Part shown: in pieces, positions 15,567 to 18,187 of the stretch
How positions within the stretch are numbered: position 1 is the first letter of the stretch
How the letters are laid out: each line of letters opens with the position of its first letter
Origin: Myxococcota bacterium
GTDB lineage: Bacteria; Myxococcota_A; SURF-8; G963663525
NCBI GenBank assembly: GCA_963676915.2
Contig: CAXXVK010000034.1
Span: forward strand, 1 to 18,187
DNA length: 18,187 nt
Direction of reading: 5' to 3'
The notes under the pieces: generated by a model
Told to the model about the DNA's origin: nothing
What the model saw: the letters and a program-made list of their open reading frames with translations, nothing else
Database searches by the model: none
Program-made: the position numbers and the translations under genes

Positions 15567-16385
15567 ATGAATATCGTTAGACAATGGAAGTATGCAGATA
15601 TTGAGGCTGTTGAATTGGGGTTTAGTCCTATCGGGTCGCCCCTAATGACAGTGTGTTTGTACCGATACCGTGGAACTCTGATAGATTCGGGACAAAGTAG
15701 GATGCGTTCGACCGTCCTTGAATGGATCAGGACAAACCCTGTAAACACAATCTTACTGACCCATCATCATGAAGATCATTCGGGAAACGCCGCAGAGATT
15801 GCACGACGATACGGAGCGGAAATCCTTGCGCATCCTCTCACATTGGAAAAAATGTCCGGTCCCAACCGGATTCTTCCCTACCAGAAGTGGGTTTGGGGGC
15901 CGTCGAGTCCCATAAGTGGCTATGCTTTTGCCGATGAAATCGAAACCGATGGTCTGTGTTTGATTCCAATTCATACGCCGGGACACAGCAAGGATCACTG
16001 CGTTTTTCTCGTGCCCGACAAAGGCTGGTTGTTTTCCGGAGATTTATACTTGGGTGATCGAATCAAATACTTTCGTTCGGACGAATGCATTGGAGAGCAG
16101 ATCGCTTCGATCAGGGACGTCCTGACCTTCGATTTCGATGTATTGCTATGTTCGCATCATCCTCGTTTGAAAAACGGAAAACGTCATTTGAAACGCAAAT
16201 TGCAGTTTTTGGAAGATTTTTGCGGGAATGTGCATCGTTTGAAAGGAGAAGGGAAACCTTTGCGGGTGGTTGCTCGTGAACTTGAAATCAAAGAAACTTG
16301 GCTGGTGCGAGGGATTACATTAGGAAACGTCAGTATGCGTAACATGATTGTTTCAGCGTGGGAAACCTGTGGGGATTTCAAGTAA
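15567..16385 (+). CDS. MBL-fold metallo-hydrolase
   Basis: LIDSG, THHHEDHSG (HxHxDH), HTPGHS, LFSGD, LCSHH. Confidence 0.9.
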   Translation: MNIVRQWKYADIEAVELGFSPIGSPLMTVCLYRYRGTLIDSGQSRMRSTVLEWIRTNPVNTILLTHHHEDHSGNAAEIARRYGAEILAHPLTLEKMSGPNRILPYQKWVWGPSSPISGYAFADEIETDGLCLIPIHTPGHSKDHCVFLVPDKGWLFSGDLYLGDRIKYFRSDECIGEQIASIRDVLTFDFDVLLCSHHPRLKNGKRHLKRKLQFLEDFCGNVHRLKGEGKPLRVVARELEIKETWLVRGITLGNVSMRNMIVSAWETCGDFK

Positions 16386-16556
16386 ATTCCTCAATTTTAT
16401 TACATTTATACTGAACACTTTGTAGGATTGCGACATGTGTCTCCTTCAGGTATGGACCCATAAATGAATTTGCCACCATATTAAGAAAATGTTAAAGAGG
16501 GGATGTGGTCTTTTTCAGTGAAAACTGTTGCCTTTCCCATTGCAAGCGAGGTGAAC

Positions 16557-17883
16557 ATGACGCGAACCGATTTCCCGTGGATGGATACTTTGTGCAATGC
16601 TGTTGTGGATGTTTTCATGGACCTTGGCAAGTGCTGAAACGCTTCCAGAATCGAAAGAAAGCGTTTCTCCTCCTTCGAAAAGCACTGTTGAAACCGAATC
16701 TTCTGAATCTTCCGAGTCTACGTGGCCCTCTAAAATTCCCCCTCTCATTATTAGAAGCAGTGATGATACCCACCGACTGAGGTTGGCGCTGGTCGCGCAG
16801 ATGCACTATCAGATGGACGGCGTCGAGTCAGAGCCGGGAGAAGGACGCGATTACTCGCATCTTTTCCGCTGGCGCAGATTGCGACTTGACCTTCGTGGGT
16901 CCGTACTTCCGGCGAAACTCGATTATCGGGTACATATGAACGTCTCTCCAGGGTCGTTGGAATTGATGGATATGTATCTGAATTACCGCCCTTACGCCAT
17001 CGTACCAGTTTCGTTTGGGACAGCAGAAAGTACCGTTTACCCGTCATCGGCTAAATTCTCCTTTACCAACCTGCAATTCGTGGATTGGTCGGTGGTGTCT
17101 CCATGGTTCGGGGGGTGAACGACAAGTTGGCTTGACGCTGCATAACGGCTACAAAGATCTACCGATCGTCGAGTATGAAAATCGGCCTGTATTCGGGGAC
17201 AGAATGCCCGAAAATCTCACGGTGTCGGTGTTGCGTTGGCCAGTGACAGGAAAAACGCCTCAACCCGTCGAGTCTGACCAATTCGGAGCCACTGGACGAG
17301 TTTCATCCTGCCTTTGCCTGGCATCTGGCTTACAACTACAACGATATCCGAACGTCCTATGATACGGATTATCGAAAAACGCGAGTTTCGTTTCACCTTG
17401 GGAGCGAGTATGGTGGCCGATATCCGTCCCGTTGCCTATCGGGATGCGGCATTGCGTGCGGCGTTCGAAGCGCTGATGAAGGTTCGAGGATTTTCCTTCG
17501 GCGGTATCTATTATCTGCTGGCGCACGAAACGGATGCCGAGTTGGATATCCATGGCATGGAGATCCACGCCGGATATCTCATCGGGCAACATGTGGAATT
17601 GGCGCTACGTTATGCCTCGGTGATGTTGCTGAAAAAATTTCCGGGACGAACTGCGTACTCGTTCCGCGAGGTTACGTTCCGAATTCACCGATCCGACCGA
17701 TACCCGCTACCTGACCTCCGGGACGTTGCAGGATGAACACGAAATCACCTTCGCGGTAAACGTCTACATCATTGGGCGGAAATCTCAAATGGCAAACGGA
17801 CGCCTCGTGGCTGATTCATTCCCTCGATGCCGGGAACCACCCACGACGCACGGATACGCTCGCAAATTCAACTGGCGTTTTAA
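16557..17883 (+). pseudogene. OprO/OprP-like outer-membrane porin with multiple frameshifts (pseudogene or sequencing errors)
   Basis: RBS GAGGTG + ATG 16557. Pieces across frames: signal peptide (GWILCAMLLWMFSWTLASA), FRWRRLRLDLRG, LELMDMYLNY, FRLGQQKVPFT, SFTNLQFVDW, ERQVGLTL, HAGYLIGQHVELALRYA, EITFAVNVY, LKWQTD, and RIRSQIQLAF-stop (terminal Phe, TAA 17881-17883). Confidence 0.75.
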
Positions 17884-17908
17884 AAACTTAACCCTGCCAG
17901 AGAAACAT

Positions 17909-17946
17909 CCCTCACCCTTGAATGATTCCCATTCCAAGGGCGAGGG
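17909..17946. terminator. GC-rich inverted repeat between convergent genes (terminator or REP-like)
   Basis: CCCTCACCCTTG-AAT...ATTCCAAGGGCGAGGG, a stem of about 15 bp with one mismatch and one bulge. Confidence 0.5.
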
Positions 17947-17951
17947 GCTGG

Positions 17952-18187
17952 CTATTTGTCTGCGGCAAGCACTTCGTGGGTGCCTTTGCCGTTCATCTCG
18001 AAGGTCTTGTCTCCAAGTTTGATCTTGAATTCATAGGTGTTTTCCGCACGGAAGAAAATGGGGTTGCCGGCAATGGACTTGACGACTGACCGCATCACGC
18101 TTTCCATCTGATCCAGCATCACGAAGCGTTGCATGTAATTGACCAGTTTCCATTCGCCTGCAACAGCGTTTTTGTCATCGAAGGCTT
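17952..18187 (-). CDS. Hypothetical protein, C-terminal part only (runs off the window)
   Basis: The frame is open from the window edge (AFDDKNAVAGEWKLVNYMQRF...GTHEVLAADK-stop). No family recognised. Confidence 0.6.
   Translation of the reverse strand, partial: AFDDKNAVAGEWKLVNYMQRFVMLDQMESVMRSVVKSIAGNPIFFRAENTYEFKIKLGDKTFEMNGKGTHEVLAADK

Noticed and set aside
16411-16425. Resemblance to the Myxococcus-type LexA box (minus strand CTACAAAGTGTTCAG)
   Set aside because: One base shorter than the consensus as I recall it, and upstream of a porin rather than a repair gene. The GTTCAG upstream of comM matches even less well.

Overview
An 18.2-kb stretch of a Gram-negative bacterial genome. A Myxococcota/deltaproteobacterial host is inferred from a MYXO-CTERM-like protease, Cys-rich repeats and a DUF4159/VWA gene pair. 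The + strand starts with a ZipA-C-domain membrane protein and a large secreted papain-family protease. The - strand carries a PAS hybrid histidine kinase, a lipoprotein split by a homopolymer frameshift, DUF4159, a VWA/GATase-like membrane protein, an intact comM (YifB/Mg-chelatase-like AAA+), and 21 bp after comM a RecA paralogue with degenerate Walker A and Walker B motifs. The window ends with an MBL-fold hydrolase, a multiply frameshifted OprO/P-like porin and a partial gene. The most unusual region is 4524-5588. Two diverged internal copies of comM, in the same order and orientation as in the intact gene, bracket an AT-rich ~0.9-kb islet. That islet holds a zinc-ribbon/TM2 gene and an orphan 3' portion of tRNA-Leu(CAG) next to an IHF consensus site. 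This looks like nested integration scars at a comM hotspot, beside a comM plus pseudo-RecA gene pair. All domain calls are by-eye motif recognition, not database results.
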